Origin: an uncultured Prochlorococcus sp.
GTDB taxonomy: Bacteria; Cyanobacteriota; Cyanobacteriia; PCC-6307; Cyanobiaceae
Assembly (NCBI GenBank): GCA_902594875.1
Contig: CACJNU010000001.1
Coordinates: 57,468 to 121,467 of the forward strand
Length of the DNA: 64,000 nt
Direction: 5' to 3'
Shown here: positions 41,908 through 52,380 of the stretch, piece by piece
Position numbering within the stretch: the first letter of the stretch is position 1
Layout: each line of letters begins with the position of its first letter
Notes under the pieces: generated by a model
Database searches by the model: none
Seen by the model: the letters and a program-made list of their open reading frames with translations, nothing else
Told to the model about the DNA's origin: nothing
Program-made: the position numbers and the translations under genes

Positions 41908-44900
41908 TTATTCTTTTTTCATGAGAAGTTCTTTCTCGAAATTATTTATTTCTCTTTCAAAAGATCCGAACCACAACATAAGTTGATCAATTTGATTTTG
42001 AATTTCAGTTGCACCTAAACCCCTAATAGTGATGGTTGATAATTGTTCGCCTTCATTAAAATTAAATTTATTTTGAACACTATTGGCTAAAGAATTTTTA
42101 AGAATCTTAAAAGTAGAATTTTTTAATTTTGTCTCTATCAGGATGTTTGGCTTTTTGAGCTTGATCTTATTAAAACCACATTTTTTAGCGAGTAATTTTA
42201 ATCTCATTATCATAATTAAGGACTCAACAGGTTTGGGTAAGTTTCCATATCTATTCACCCAGTCTGTAGCTAATTCAGTTAATTCATCATTATTTGAACA
42301 TTCAGTAGCAGATTTGTACGCCTCTAGCTTCTCTTCTCTGTTTAATATCCATGTTGCAGGTATAAATGCATTTATTGGTAGATCAATTTGAGTGTCGTTA
42401 ACTTCAGGTATTTCTTGCCCGCTTATTTCTGAAATAGCCTCATGGAGCATCTCTATGTATAAATCATAACCAATAGCATTAACCTTCCCACTTTGTTCTT
42501 CTCCTAGTAAACTACCAACACCTCTTATTTCCATATCTTTCATTGCAAGTTGGTATCCACTTCCTAGTTCTGAGAAGTCTTTTATCGCTTTCAATCTTTG
42601 TTTTGCAGCATCATTAATTTTATTTATATTTGGATAAAATAACCAAGCATGTGCTTGTACACCGCTTCTGCCAACTCTTCCTCTAAGTTGATAAAGTTGT
42701 GAAAGCCCAAATTTGTGAGAATCTTCAATAATTATTGTATTTACTTTAGGGATGTCTAATCCACTTTCAATTATCGTTGTGCATATCATTAAATCTACTT
42801 CTCCATTATTAAAAGTAATCATTGCATTTTCTAGCTCTGTTTCGTTCATTTGCCCATGAGCAACAATAAACTTTAAGCTGGGAAACATATTTTTTAATTT
42901 GTTTATAGCTTGATCAATATCAGAAATTCTTGGAAGAACATAAAAAATTTGACCTCCCCTATCAAGTTCTTGATTAATGGCAGTTCTAATAACATCCATA
43001 TCTATTTCACATAAATATGTTTTTATTGATCTTCTTGATGGAGGAGGAGTATTTAATAAGCTCATTTGTCTCAATCCAGATAAGCTCATATAGAGAGTTC
43101 TTGGAATTGGAGTTGCAGAGAGCGTTAAAACGTCTATGTTGGTTTTGATTTTTTTAATTTTCTCCTTTTGTCTTACTCCAAATCTTTGTTCTTCATCAAT
43201 AACAAGTAGTCCTAAGTTTTTAATTTCTATTTCTTTTCCTAAAATTTGGTGCGTTGCTATAACTAAATCAATTTTGTTGTTTTTCAAACCTGCAAAGATT
43301 TCCTTTCTTTCATTAACGGTTTTGAATCTATTGAGTAATGACACTTTTATTGGGTAAGGTGAAAATCTATTATTTATTGTTCTCCAATGTTGCTGAGCTA
43401 GGATTGTTGTGGGTGCTAGTAATATTACCTGTTTGCCTGATGTAATAGCCTTAAAAATAGCCCGAACAGCTACTTCTGTTTTGCCAAACCCTACATCTCC
43501 ACAAACTAATCTGTCCATTGGCTTATCGCTTTCCATGTCAGATTTTATTTCTTCTACAGCAGTAATTTGATCTGGTGTTGGTTGATAAGGGAATGATTCC
43601 TCTAATTCATTTTGCCAAGGACCATCTTCTGGGTAAATGTATCCCTTTAATTTTTCTCTCTTTGCATAAAGTTTTAAAATATCGACTGCAACTTTTTTGA
43701 TTTGTTTTTTATTTTTCTCTTTTATTCTTTCCCATTCTGTTCCTCCTAATTTATTTATTTTTGGCTTTATTTTTCCGCTTGATCTATACCTGTTAACACT
43801 ACCAAGTTGATCAGCGGCAACACTTATCTTCCCGTCCTGATATTGAATGACTAAATAGTCTCTTGAATCTCCAGTTATATTTATTTTTTCTATTTTTAAA
43901 AATTTTCCAATTCCATGATTTTTATGAACTATAAAATCACCGGGACTAATCTTATTTACATTTATATTTGAATTTACACTTCTTTTTTTTCTTCTTATGA
44001 ATACATTATTAAAAAGCGATTGTTGTGAAAATAATTCTTTATCTGTTATCAGGACAACCTTCCATATCGGAAGATAAAAACCCTCGATTTCATAATTGTT
44101 TTTATTTTTTAAAATTAAAGGAGTTGAATTGTTAATTGACTTAAATGCTGCATCATAATCACAAGAATTATTTAAGAAGTTAGCACTACATTCGTGCTCA
44201 AAAAGTAAAGTCCTAGTTCTCAATGGCTGTGCTGATAATATCCATACTTTTTCATTATTTTTTATATTTTTATTTATATCATTGGATAATTTTCCTATAT
44301 TTTTAGAATATGAATTTAATCTTTTATCGTTTAACAAAAACCTATTATGAATATTGACTTTAGATTCAAATTCATAAAATTTTATTAAATTAAAATTTTC
44401 TAATGTAGTTATTATTTCGTCAAACTTTAAATGCAAATTAGGTTTGACCTCTAAATTAATGTTATTGTTTTTAAGGTTTTCATTTAATTCATACGCACAA
44501 TTATCAAAATTACTTTCTGAATCTAGATACCAATTATTTGCAAATTTCTTACAATCTTCTAATTCATCAATTACTAGAATTGTTTCCCTATCAATAAAAT
44601 CTATTATATTTGAGGGTTCATTTTCAATTATTCCTAAATAACGATCAAGATTATTTTTATTTATATCTTCTGAATTAAAAATACTGTTCTTAGATAAATT
44701 ATTTAACTTATCTTTTATCAGCAAATCAAATCCAGCCTGTATTATTTCAATATTATTGATACTTTCTAATGTTTTCTGTGTATAGGGATCATATTCTCTT
44801 ATTTTCTCAATTACATTATCAAAAAATTCTAATCTTATGGGAAACTCATTATTGACAGGATAAATATCTATTATTTCCCCTCTCCTACTCCAGAATCCTT

Positions 44901-45420
44901 CTGTTGAAGTTACATTGTCCTTCGTATAACCCATCAAGGTAAGTTTATTTGCTAATTCTTGAATCTCTATTTGAACCCCTTTTTGCAAATCTAACTTTTT
45001 TTCAATTAATATGTTTCTATTTATTAGATGAGGTTGTAGCGATCTCTCAGTTGATATAACAATATTAAGTTCATTTTTATCTTTTTTTATTAATTTAGAT
45101 AAAACAGTAAGCTGACTAAATTCAATCTCTTTGGATTTATTAATTGATGCGTATGGTAAATGTTCTGTTGGAGGATAATATAAAACTGCTTTATCATTTA
45201 TACTTTCAAAATAACCAATCCATTTGTAAGCAATTTCTACATTAGGACAAATTAATAATATATTTTTTTCTTCTTTTTTTGCGATACTATCTAAGATTAT
45301 TGATTTTGCATATCTACTTGTACCAACAATATTTAATTCTTTATTTTTTGAAATTCTTTTTATTAATTCAGAAGTAATTTGTGAGTTTGAAATATAATTA
45401 ACTAAAGTATTTAAACTCAT
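41908..45420 (-). CDS. mfd: Transcription-repair coupling factor
   Basis: UvrB-like N-terminus, CarD/RID domain, GDVGFGKT, DEEQRFG, SATPIPRT, QLRGRVGR and TRCF C-terminus. Confidence 0.98.
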   Translation of the reverse strand: MSLNTLVNYISNSQITSELIKRISKNKELNIVGTSRYAKSIILDSIAKKEEKNILLICPNVEIAYKWIGYFESINDKAVLYYPPTEHLPYASINKSKEIEFSQLTVLSKLIKKDKNELNIVISTERSLQPHLINRNILIEKKLDLQKGVQIEIQELANKLTLMGYTKDNVTSTEGFWSRRGEIIDIYPVNNEFPIRLEFFDNVIEKIREYDPYTQKTLESINNIEIIQAGFDLLIKDKLNNLSKNSIFNSEDINKNNLDRYLGIIENEPSNIIDFIDRETILVIDELEDCKKFANNWYLDSESNFDNCAYELNENLKNNNINLEVKPNLHLKFDEIITTLENFNLIKFYEFESKVNIHNRFLLNDKRLNSYSKNIGKLSNDINKNIKNNEKVWILSAQPLRTRTLLFEHECSANFLNNSCDYDAAFKSINNSTPLILKNKNNYEIEGFYLPIWKVVLITDKELFSQQSLFNNVFIRRKKRSVNSNINVNKISPGDFIVHKNHGIGKFLKIEKINITGDSRDYLVIQYQDGKISVAADQLGSVNRYRSSGKIKPKINKLGGTEWERIKEKNKKQIKKVAVDILKLYAKREKLKGYIYPEDGPWQNELEESFPYQPTPDQITAVEEIKSDMESDKPMDRLVCGDVGFGKTEVAVRAIFKAITSGKQVILLAPTTILAQQHWRTINNRFSPYPIKVSLLNRFKTVNERKEIFAGLKNNKIDLVIATHQILGKEIEIKNLGLLVIDEEQRFGVRQKEKIKKIKTNIDVLTLSATPIPRTLYMSLSGLRQMSLLNTPPPSRRSIKTYLCEIDMDVIRTAINQELDRGGQIFYVLPRISDIDQAINKLKNMFPSLKFIVAHGQMNETELENAMITFNNGEVDLMICTTIIESGLDIPKVNTIIIEDSHKFGLSQLYQLRGRVGRSGVQAHAWLFYPNINKINDAAKQRLKAIKDFSELGSGYQLAMKDMEIRGVGSLLGEEQSGKVNAIGYDLYIEMLHEAISEISGQEIPEVNDTQIDLPINAFIPATWILNREEKLEAYKSATECSNNDELTELATDWVNRYGNLPKPVESLIMIMRLKLLAKKCGFNKIKLKKPNILIETKLKNSTFKILKNSLANSVQNKFNFNEGEQLSTITIRGLGATEIQNQIDQLMLWFGSFEREINNFEKELLMKKE

Positions 45421-45491
45421 TTATAGTTATTAATCTTGATTACAAATATCCGACATATTATATTAGATTTTACACTGATTGTGAATAATAT

Positions 45492-46205
45492 TTGATGGAT
45501 TCTGCTGCAATAAATTCTTTTATACCCACACTAGATCAAGTGGATAGTTGGTACGAAATCTTTACACTTTTACCAATATTAATTGCTTTAGAATTATTAT
45601 TATCTGCGGATAATGCTGTCGCACTTGCTTCTCTTACTAAATCCCTCGACAGTTCAGAATTAAGGTCAAGAGCCTTAAATATTGGCATAACAATATCTTT
45701 ATTATTTAGGATTATTCTGATCATATTATCTAATGTTCTTCTAAAGTTTATTCTTATTAGAGTTTTTGCTGGGTTTTATTTAATATACTTATTCTTCTCA
45801 AATGTTTTTTTAAATTCAGATATAGAAAACACTGAAAATGGGACAAAAAATAATAAAAATAATTTTAGGTTCTTAAGGGTTGTAGCGCTTCTTTCAATAA
45901 CTGATTTTGCTTTTTCCATAGATAGTATCACTACTGCAGTAGCTATCAGTGATCAATACATATTAATTATATTTGGAGCAGTGATTGGAGTATTAGCCTT
46001 AAGATTTACATCGGGGATTTTTCTAAAACTTCTGGATATATTTTCTAGATTAGAAACAGCCGGTTACATAGCAATTTTAATCGTTGGGATTAAACTTTTA
46101 CTAAATACATTAATTAAAGAATCTATTCTTCCAGACTATTATTTTTATTTTTTGATTCTTTTTGCTTTCATTTGGGGATTCTCTAAAAAAGAATCTAAAA
46201 CTTAA
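45492..46205 (+). CDS. TerC family integral membrane protein
   Basis: LELLLSADNA and DFAFSIDSI. Confidence 0.92.
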   Translation: MMDSAAINSFIPTLDQVDSWYEIFTLLPILIALELLLSADNAVALASLTKSLDSSELRSRALNIGITISLLFRIILIILSNVLLKFILIRVFAGFYLIYLFFSNVFLNSDIENTENGTKNNKNNFRFLRVVALLSITDFAFSIDSITTAVAISDQYILIIFGAVIGVLALRFTSGIFLKLLDIFSRLETAGYIAILIVGIKLLLNTLIKESILPDYYFYFLILFAFIWGFSKKESKT

Positions 46206-47188
46206 TCTGAGAGATATTCACCTAATGATGGCTTTAGCTGTTGTATCAATTGCTTTTTGCTAGAAATGTTTTTTCCTTCAAGTTTTGCTTCCAACAAAAT
46301 AATCGGTTCAGTTTTAGTTGAAATTATTATTCCTTCATTTTCTAGTACAGCAAGAATATTACCTGGTTTTGAATAATTGCTCATTAAAAGGTATTTTTCA
46401 TTTTTAATTTCATCACTACTCAAAACTTTGATTTTAAGTATTTTTAGGTTCTTACCTCTAAAAGTTGTATTAGCTCGTGGGTATAATCCTTTTATTTTTT
46501 GAGAAATTTCAATTGCCTCATTATCCCAATCAACTCTAAAGTCTGATTTTTCAATCATTCTTGCGTAAGTAATTTCTCTCCCAAGGGAATTTTGTTTTGT
46601 TAATTGAGAATTAGTATTTTTATAAATATTTTCTTCGAGTAGTGATGTGGCATTTAAAAATAATTTTGCAGATAAAATACTAAGTTTTTCCGATAGTGTA
46701 TGTAAATTATCGTTATTACCAATTTTAATTTTTTCTTCCAATAATAAGTCGCCAGTATCTAGTCCCTCATCCATTTTCATAATTCCTACACCAGTAAATT
46801 CATCGCCTTTTATTAGTGACCACTGGATTGGGGCTGCACCACGCCATCTTGGAAGTAATGAAGCATGTGCGTTCCAACATCCAAATTTTGGGATTTCTAA
46901 TATCTTTTTGGGTAATATTTTCCCGTAAGCTATAACAATAAATAAATCACAAGATAGTGATTTAAGTTCATTTATAAAATGTATATTGTCCTTGATTTTT
47001 GCTGGAGTATAAATTTTTATAGATTCTTGCTCGGCAAAGCTTTTAACAGGTGAGGATATTAATTTATTTCCCCTAGATCTTTTCTTATCGGGTTGGCTAA
47101 CTACTCCAATTACCTCGTGCTTAGATTTAATAAAAATATCAAGGCTCGGAATTGAATATTCAGGTGTTCCCCAGAATATAATTCTCAC
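46202..47188 (-). CDS. fmt: Methionyl-tRNA formyltransferase
   Basis: FWGTP, NAHASLLPRWRGAAPIQ and DEGLDTG. Confidence 0.97.
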   Translation of the reverse strand: MRIIFWGTPEYSIPSLDIFIKSKHEVIGVVSQPDKKRSRGNKLISSPVKSFAEQESIKIYTPAKIKDNIHFINELKSLSCDLFIVIAYGKILPKKILEIPKFGCWNAHASLLPRWRGAAPIQWSLIKGDEFTGVGIMKMDEGLDTGDLLLEEKIKIGNNDNLHTLSEKLSILSAKLFLNATSLLEENIYKNTNSQLTKQNSLGREITYARMIEKSDFRVDWDNEAIEISQKIKGLYPRANTTFRGKNLKILKIKVLSSDEIKNEKYLLMSNYSKPGNILAVLENEGIIISTKTEPIILLEAKLEGKNISSKKQLIQQLKPSLGEYLSD

Positions 47189-48537
47189 GCGTCACCAGTT
47201 ATTGATAATTCATCTACCCATATATGTGGAGAAATGCCACTTGTTGTTACTTCTTGGTTTGATTCAATATTTACTATATTCTTCAAAAGATATTTAATAT
47301 CCCCCGCTACAGTCGCAGATTCTATTGAGATTTTTTTACCATTTTTAAATAGCCATCCATCAAATGGAAGAGAGAACGAACCTTGACTTGCTCTGACACC
47401 TGCATGGATTGCATTTAATTCTTCAATATAAACAAATTCTCCCTCATAAGTAGAGTGATCTAATGATGTTTTTAGATCTGTGTTTTCCTCTGATTTCTCA
47501 ACTACTATCCAATCAGGAGATACTGAGACTTTTGATCCTAGGCCAGCATGTCCTGTAGGGATTGTTTTAAATATTCTTGCAGTTGATTCAGAATGTATAA
47601 AATTTTCAAGTCTCCCTTTGTTAATTAAACATAGTCTTTTGGTAGGAGTTCCCTCTCCATCAAATGGTGATGAAGAAATATTCTTTTCGTGAAGACCATC
47701 ATCATAAATATTAAGTGCTTCTGTAGAAAGTTTCTCTCCAATAGAATTTTTATTGGATAAGCTAATTCCATCTAAAATGCTTCTAGCATTAAACATTGAA
47801 CTAAAGGCATTAATGATCGTTAAAAAAGACTCTGGGGAAAAACATATTAAATATTTATCAGTTTTAATAGATGAATAATTTAAATGAGAAATTGTTTTAT
47901 TAGAAGCGTCTTTGATACACGACTCTATATCTATATCTTCAACTCCATATCCAAGTTTCACAGAACCCGAGCTACGAGGTTTCTTATTTTTTTCTTCTGC
48001 TCTTGCATATAAATAAAGTGCAGCTTGACTTTTGGTATAACTCCGAAAGGCACCATCACTATTTGCATAAACTCTCTCATAAAAACTCTCAGATAGACCA
48101 TTATACGGAACAGATTTTATGGATTCATGGCTTTCTAATAGTTTTAATTCCGCTTCTCTTAACAGAGTAAGTAATTTTTTTATTCCAACAGGATTTCTTT
48201 TTTTTGAGTCCTTAGCTTCAATAGGATCCTTGGCTAATGGTGAGAATTCTGTTCTTTCATTCTTGTTGCCAAAATCTGATGCAATATTTGCTTGATTTAG
48301 AGCTTTTTTAATACCAGATTCGCTGATATCACTAGTTGTTGTAATACCAACTAAATTAGATTCGTTCCAAACTCTTATAGTTAAAATTTGCTTTTGTGAT
48401 GCCTTAAGTTGTTTAGCCTCACCTTTATCTACTTGCACAGAATAATCATTAGAGAAGCTTGCACCATAATCCCATTTTTTAAGATTTAGAGAATCTGCAG
48501 CTTCAGAGATTTGAATAGTTATTTCTTTTGAATTCAT
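47185..48537 (-). CDS. pmbA: TldE/PmbA family protein
   Basis: SPFDGEGTPT and GSFSLP, no HExxxH; paired with tldD. Confidence 0.9.
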   Translation of the reverse strand: MNSKEITIQISEAADSLNLKKWDYGASFSNDYSVQVDKGEAKQLKASQKQILTIRVWNESNLVGITTTSDISESGIKKALNQANIASDFGNKNERTEFSPLAKDPIEAKDSKKRNPVGIKKLLTLLREAELKLLESHESIKSVPYNGLSESFYERVYANSDGAFRSYTKSQAALYLYARAEEKNKKPRSSGSVKLGYGVEDIDIESCIKDASNKTISHLNYSSIKTDKYLICFSPESFLTIINAFSSMFNARSILDGISLSNKNSIGEKLSTEALNIYDDGLHEKNISSSPFDGEGTPTKRLCLINKGRLENFIHSESTARIFKTIPTGHAGLGSKVSVSPDWIVVEKSEENTDLKTSLDHSTYEGEFVYIEELNAIHAGVRASQGSFSLPFDGWLFKNGKKISIESATVAGDIKYLLKNIVNIESNQEVTTSGISPHIWVDELSITGDA

Positions 48538-48540
48538 ATC

Positions 48541-49965
48541 CTATCTTCCGCCAACAGTGATTGAATCAACCTTAATATGAGGTTGGCCAACAGTTACGTT
48601 GACACTTCCACTGATAGATCCACAAAATCCAGGAGCTAATTCGAGGTCGTTTCCACACATTGATATTTTTGGCATAACTTCTTTAGCCTCACCAATCAAA
48701 GTTGCTCCCTTTACTGGATTAGTTAATTTTCCATTTTTAATAAGATATCCTTCTTCTACTGCAAAATTAAATTGTCCTGTAGCACCTACACTGCCACCAC
48801 CCATTGATTTGCAGTAAAGACCATCACTAATACTATTGATTAAATCCTCTTTCGAGTGCTCACCTTTTGCTATATAAGTATTTCTCATTCGTGAAGCTGC
48901 AGCAAAAGAATAATTTTGTCTTCTTCCACTTCCTGTTCTTTTATGGCCAGTTCTTAATTCACCTGCCCTGTCGGATATGAATTTTTTTAAAATTCCATCT
49001 TTTATAAGAACTGATTTTTCGGGTTCCATACCTTCATCATCTACTGATAATGAACCAAAGGATCCTTCTGAAATCCCTTCGTCTATAGCTGTTACAGATT
49101 CATGTGCAATTTTTTCATTCAATTTATTCTCAAATGGTGTTGTTCCTCTCTCTATTTGAGTCGTTTCAAGTAAATGACCGCAGGCTTCGTGGAATATAAC
49201 GCCACCAAATTTATTAGCTAATACAACAGGCATTTGTCCCGCATCGACATAATCTGCATACAACATGTTCATTGAGCTTTCAAATACATCATTAGCTGCT
49301 TTTTCGTGATCCCATAATCTGAATTCATGAGGCATTCCTGACGATCCAAATCTTCTACTTCCACTAGATCTATATTGGGCATCATTTGCAATCACGTTGA
49401 GTCCAACTGTTTGATGCAACCTAATATCGGATACATAGGTTCCATCGCTAGAGGCGATAATTACTTCTTGCAGATTTCTTGAGTAACTTCCTTTTCTAGT
49501 TATTATTTTATTATTTTTTTTAAGAGACTTTGTGCTGACTAATAGTTTTTCACTTATCTCATGAATAGATGGGATTTCATTAATCCATTTTTTCTTGAAT
49601 AAACTATAATCCCTATGTTTATCTAAACCATTAAATACTTTTATTTTTTTATTATCTGTTACGTCTAACATCTCAATAGCCTGAGATACCGACTTCATCA
49701 AGCCATTTATTGTTAAATCATTTGTACTTACAAATCCATCCTTTTTATCTTTGAAGATTCTAATACCAGCACCCCTTCCAAATGATGGACTTACACTTGT
49801 GATGAAATCCTCTTCAGCTAGAACGCTTGATTTGTCTGTATTTTCTATAAATATTTCTACAAAATCAGCTCCAAGTCTCATCCCATAGAAAATAATTTCT
49901 TCTAATAAATCTTTGTTGCAAATACCAAAAATGATTTCATTTGATTTGATTTGTGACGAAAGCAT
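48541..49965 (-). CDS. tldD: TldD metalloprotease
   Basis: FHEACGHLLE, DDEG, RMRNT and GFCG. Confidence 0.93.
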   Translation of the reverse strand: MLSSQIKSNEIIFGICNKDLLEEIIFYGMRLGADFVEIFIENTDKSSVLAEEDFITSVSPSFGRGAGIRIFKDKKDGFVSTNDLTINGLMKSVSQAIEMLDVTDNKKIKVFNGLDKHRDYSLFKKKWINEIPSIHEISEKLLVSTKSLKKNNKIITRKGSYSRNLQEVIIASSDGTYVSDIRLHQTVGLNVIANDAQYRSSGSRRFGSSGMPHEFRLWDHEKAANDVFESSMNMLYADYVDAGQMPVVLANKFGGVIFHEACGHLLETTQIERGTTPFENKLNEKIAHESVTAIDEGISEGSFGSLSVDDEGMEPEKSVLIKDGILKKFISDRAGELRTGHKRTGSGRRQNYSFAAASRMRNTYIAKGEHSKEDLINSISDGLYCKSMGGGSVGATGQFNFAVEEGYLIKNGKLTNPVKGATLIGEAKEVMPKISMCGNDLELAPGFCGSISGSVNVTVGQPHIKVDSITVGGR

Positions 49966-49996
49966 ATGACTTTATAAATCTTCTCCGTATAAAAGA

Positions 49997-51169
49997 TTAT
50001 CTAATCGAAGGTTGAAAATCTTTGCTATTAAGAGGTTTTAATAAGTATAGTCTTAATAACTGGTAACCGTTTGATAAATATTTAGGTAATTTTTTAATAG
50101 TTTTAAATACTTTATTTTCATCACTGCTTGCGATATCGGTAAGAACCTTGTTATTCTCTACTATTTTATCTAATCTTCCATAAAAAGATTTATCATAAAC
50201 GTCCATTACTACAGGGAAAACTCTAGCTGCCGTTTCATTTGTTTTATTAATAACAAACTGGTCGTAATCTTTGGCATCTAAACCTAGTGAACTGTAGAAA
50301 TCTTTTTTAATTCCCAAATCCCTTGCATACATAGTAGCAAATACAGCTAATAGGAAAAACCTAGACCATAACTTGGATGTTAATGGCAGATTATTCAAAA
50401 AATATCTAAATCTATGGAAGTAGTCAAATAGTGGGTGTGTTAAGGTAGAGCCGCCAATGGTAATTTTTTGACTTAAAGATTTAACAGTACGAGGCTGTGC
50501 TTTCATCAGTGCATCAAAGAAATCCCCATGTCTATTTTCATCCTGACACCAATTTTCAAAATAATTAAATAGTGGAAAAATTTTGCTATCTGGATTTTTT
50601 TCAAGATGCCTATAAATTGCTATGTATCTCCAATAGCCTATTTTTTCAGATAAATAGGTAGCGTAAAAAATACTTCTTGGTGGGAAATAAGTGTAATCCT
50701 TGTTAGCTGTTAAAAAACCTAAATCTAACTGTAATCCAAAATCACTCATAGATTTATTCAAGAAACCTGCATGTCTAGCTTCGTCTCTGGCCATATGGGC
50801 AAAACATTCAGCAAGAAGAGGGTTTTTGACTTTAATCCTTTTGCTAAGCTCCTTGTAAAGTAAAAAACCAGAAAATTCTGAAGTACAACTTCCCTCGAGA
50901 AAATCAACAAAAAGCTCTCTTGTCTCAGGATCTAATTTTTCTGCAGCGCCTTCAAATTCACTATTTCTTACAAAATGATGTCTATTGTAATCTTTCCTAA
51001 ATTCCTCACATATAGCTTCCAATTCCTCCTCGTTTATTGATAAATCCATATTTTCCATAGCCTCAAAGTCTGTTGTATAGAATCTTGGGGACAAAATTGT
51101 TTCTTTTGCTGGTATCTTTCCATTATTAATATCTTTTTTATTTTTTGATTCAACAGTTGATTGAGCCAT
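49997..51169 (-). CDS. acsF: Mg-protoporphyrin IX monomethyl ester oxidative cyclase (CycI)
   Basis: [10 protein letters not shown] and di-iron motifs DEARHAG and DENRHGD. Confidence 0.98.
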   Translation of the reverse strand: MAQSTVESKNKKDINNGKIPAKETILSPRFYTTDFEAMENMDLSINEEELEAICEEFRKDYNRHHFVRNSEFEGAAEKLDPETRELFVDFLEGSCTSEFSGFLLYKELSKRIKVKNPLLAECFAHMARDEARHAGFLNKSMSDFGLQLDLGFLTANKDYTYFPPRSIFYATYLSEKIGYWRYIAIYRHLEKNPDSKIFPLFNYFENWCQDENRHGDFFDALMKAQPRTVKSLSQKITIGGSTLTHPLFDYFHRFRYFLNNLPLTSKLWSRFFLLAVFATMYARDLGIKKDFYSSLGLDAKDYDQFVINKTNETAARVFPVVMDVYDKSFYGRLDKIVENNKVLTDIASSDENKVFKTIKKLPKYLSNGYQLLRLYLLKPLNSKDFQPSIR

Positions 51170-51249
51170 CTTTTATTCGGTTTATTAATACTATTATTTA
51201 CTATGATTTGTATTTTCGAGGGAAAAGTTAACTTGGTGTTATTGTTTTT

Positions 51250-51816
51250 CTAATTAACTCCTATTAACTTTTGCCCATTCAATCTTTGAAGTACTCTTGA
51301 AATTATTAATTTTAGGGTAATTCTTTTTTCGTCAATAAGAAAAGATTCAATAATACTGGGTTTTTGATTGGGTTTTGATAAAGAAATACTTTTTAATGAA
51401 CTAATGTCATCCTTCTCAAAGGATAACCAAAAGTTACATGTATCTTTAATTTCACAATTTATTACCCAACATTTGTCTCCAGCTATAGGTCTATTTGTGT
51501 TAGTGAGGTTAATGTTGTTTATTTCTAATCCTCTTTGATTAATTTCCTCAGTAAGTGAAGGAATTAAATGTATGTTAATAAATTCTTGGAAAGGCTTTTT
51601 CTCTACTGGGAGTTCTTTTTTGGGTTTTGTTAAAGGTTTTTCGGGCGTATTAATTTCATTTTTCATAACAACTTTAGTAGCAGAATCACTTTTACTTATA
51701 TCCATATTGATAACTTCTTCTGATTTAGGTCCTTTTATTTCCTCAGAGTTTGATTTAGTAGCGTTGTCAGATGTTTCTTTATTTACTTCATTATTTTTGT
51801 CTAAATTTTCTTCCAT
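51250..51816 (-). CDS. ndhV: NDH-1 subunit NdhV (DUF2996)
   Basis: VEKKPFQEFI..HLIP, IESFLIDEKRITL and QRLNGQK; start at MEEN. Confidence 0.82.
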   Translation of the reverse strand: MEENLDKNNEVNKETSDNATKSNSEEIKGPKSEEVINMDISKSDSATKVVMKNEINTPEKPLTKPKKELPVEKKPFQEFINIHLIPSLTEEINQRGLEINNINLTNTNRPIAGDKCWVINCEIKDTCNFWLSFEKDDISSLKSISLSKPNQKPSIIESFLIDEKRITLKLIISRVLQRLNGQKLIGVN

Positions 51817-51873
51817 AAAAAAAACTATTTTTTCCATTATAAATAAAAAAACAATTTTTAATTAATTATTTTT

Positions 51874-52317
51874 CTACCAATCATTATCAGCATTATCCCA
51901 GTCATCTTTAATATCTTGATTTGAATAACTTTGATCTTTTTTTAAATTATTATCATTCATATTTTTGACTACTCTGTAATTAACAGAAATTGTTGGTTGA
52001 GTTTCTCTAATATCCCTTTGTGGCGGCATCTCAACGTTTGGTTCCATTTCTTCCTCATTATTATTAGATACAAAATCATCTTCCACATTAACGAAAGTTT
52101 TTTTTCTGAAACTAGTACCAGGAATTGTTGTTTTCAATAAAGTGCTTACAAATAAACCAGAAAAAAACGAAATACTGATTAACTTACCTATACTTACTTC
52201 TTGGAGGGTCCATTTAAAGTATCTAAATGAAGTCTTCTGATTATTATTTGTATATAATAAAATTTGAAAAATTATTATTAAAAAAAGAGTTAAAAGTAAA
52301 TATTTTTTCTTAAACAT
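51874..52317 (-). CDS. Conserved hypothetical membrane protein
   Basis: 2 TMs, PPQRDIRETQPTISVNYRV and an acidic DDW tail. Confidence 0.75.
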   Translation of the reverse strand: MFKKKYLLLTLFLIIIFQILLYTNNNQKTSFRYFKWTLQEVSIGKLISISFFSGLFVSTLLKTTIPGTSFRKKTFVNVEDDFVSNNNEEEMEPNVEMPPQRDIRETQPTISVNYRVVKNMNDNNLKKDQSYSNQDIKDDWDNADNDW

Positions 52318-52380
52318 AATTATAAAAAGTTATCTTAAATTTTTTTTAATATTTCCATAATATATTTTGTGAAAATTTAT

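Noticed and set aside
47185-49965. TldD/PmbA as part of a RiPP cluster
   Set aside because: Sits in core synteny between acsF and fmt, with no precursor peptide or modifying enzymes adjacent.
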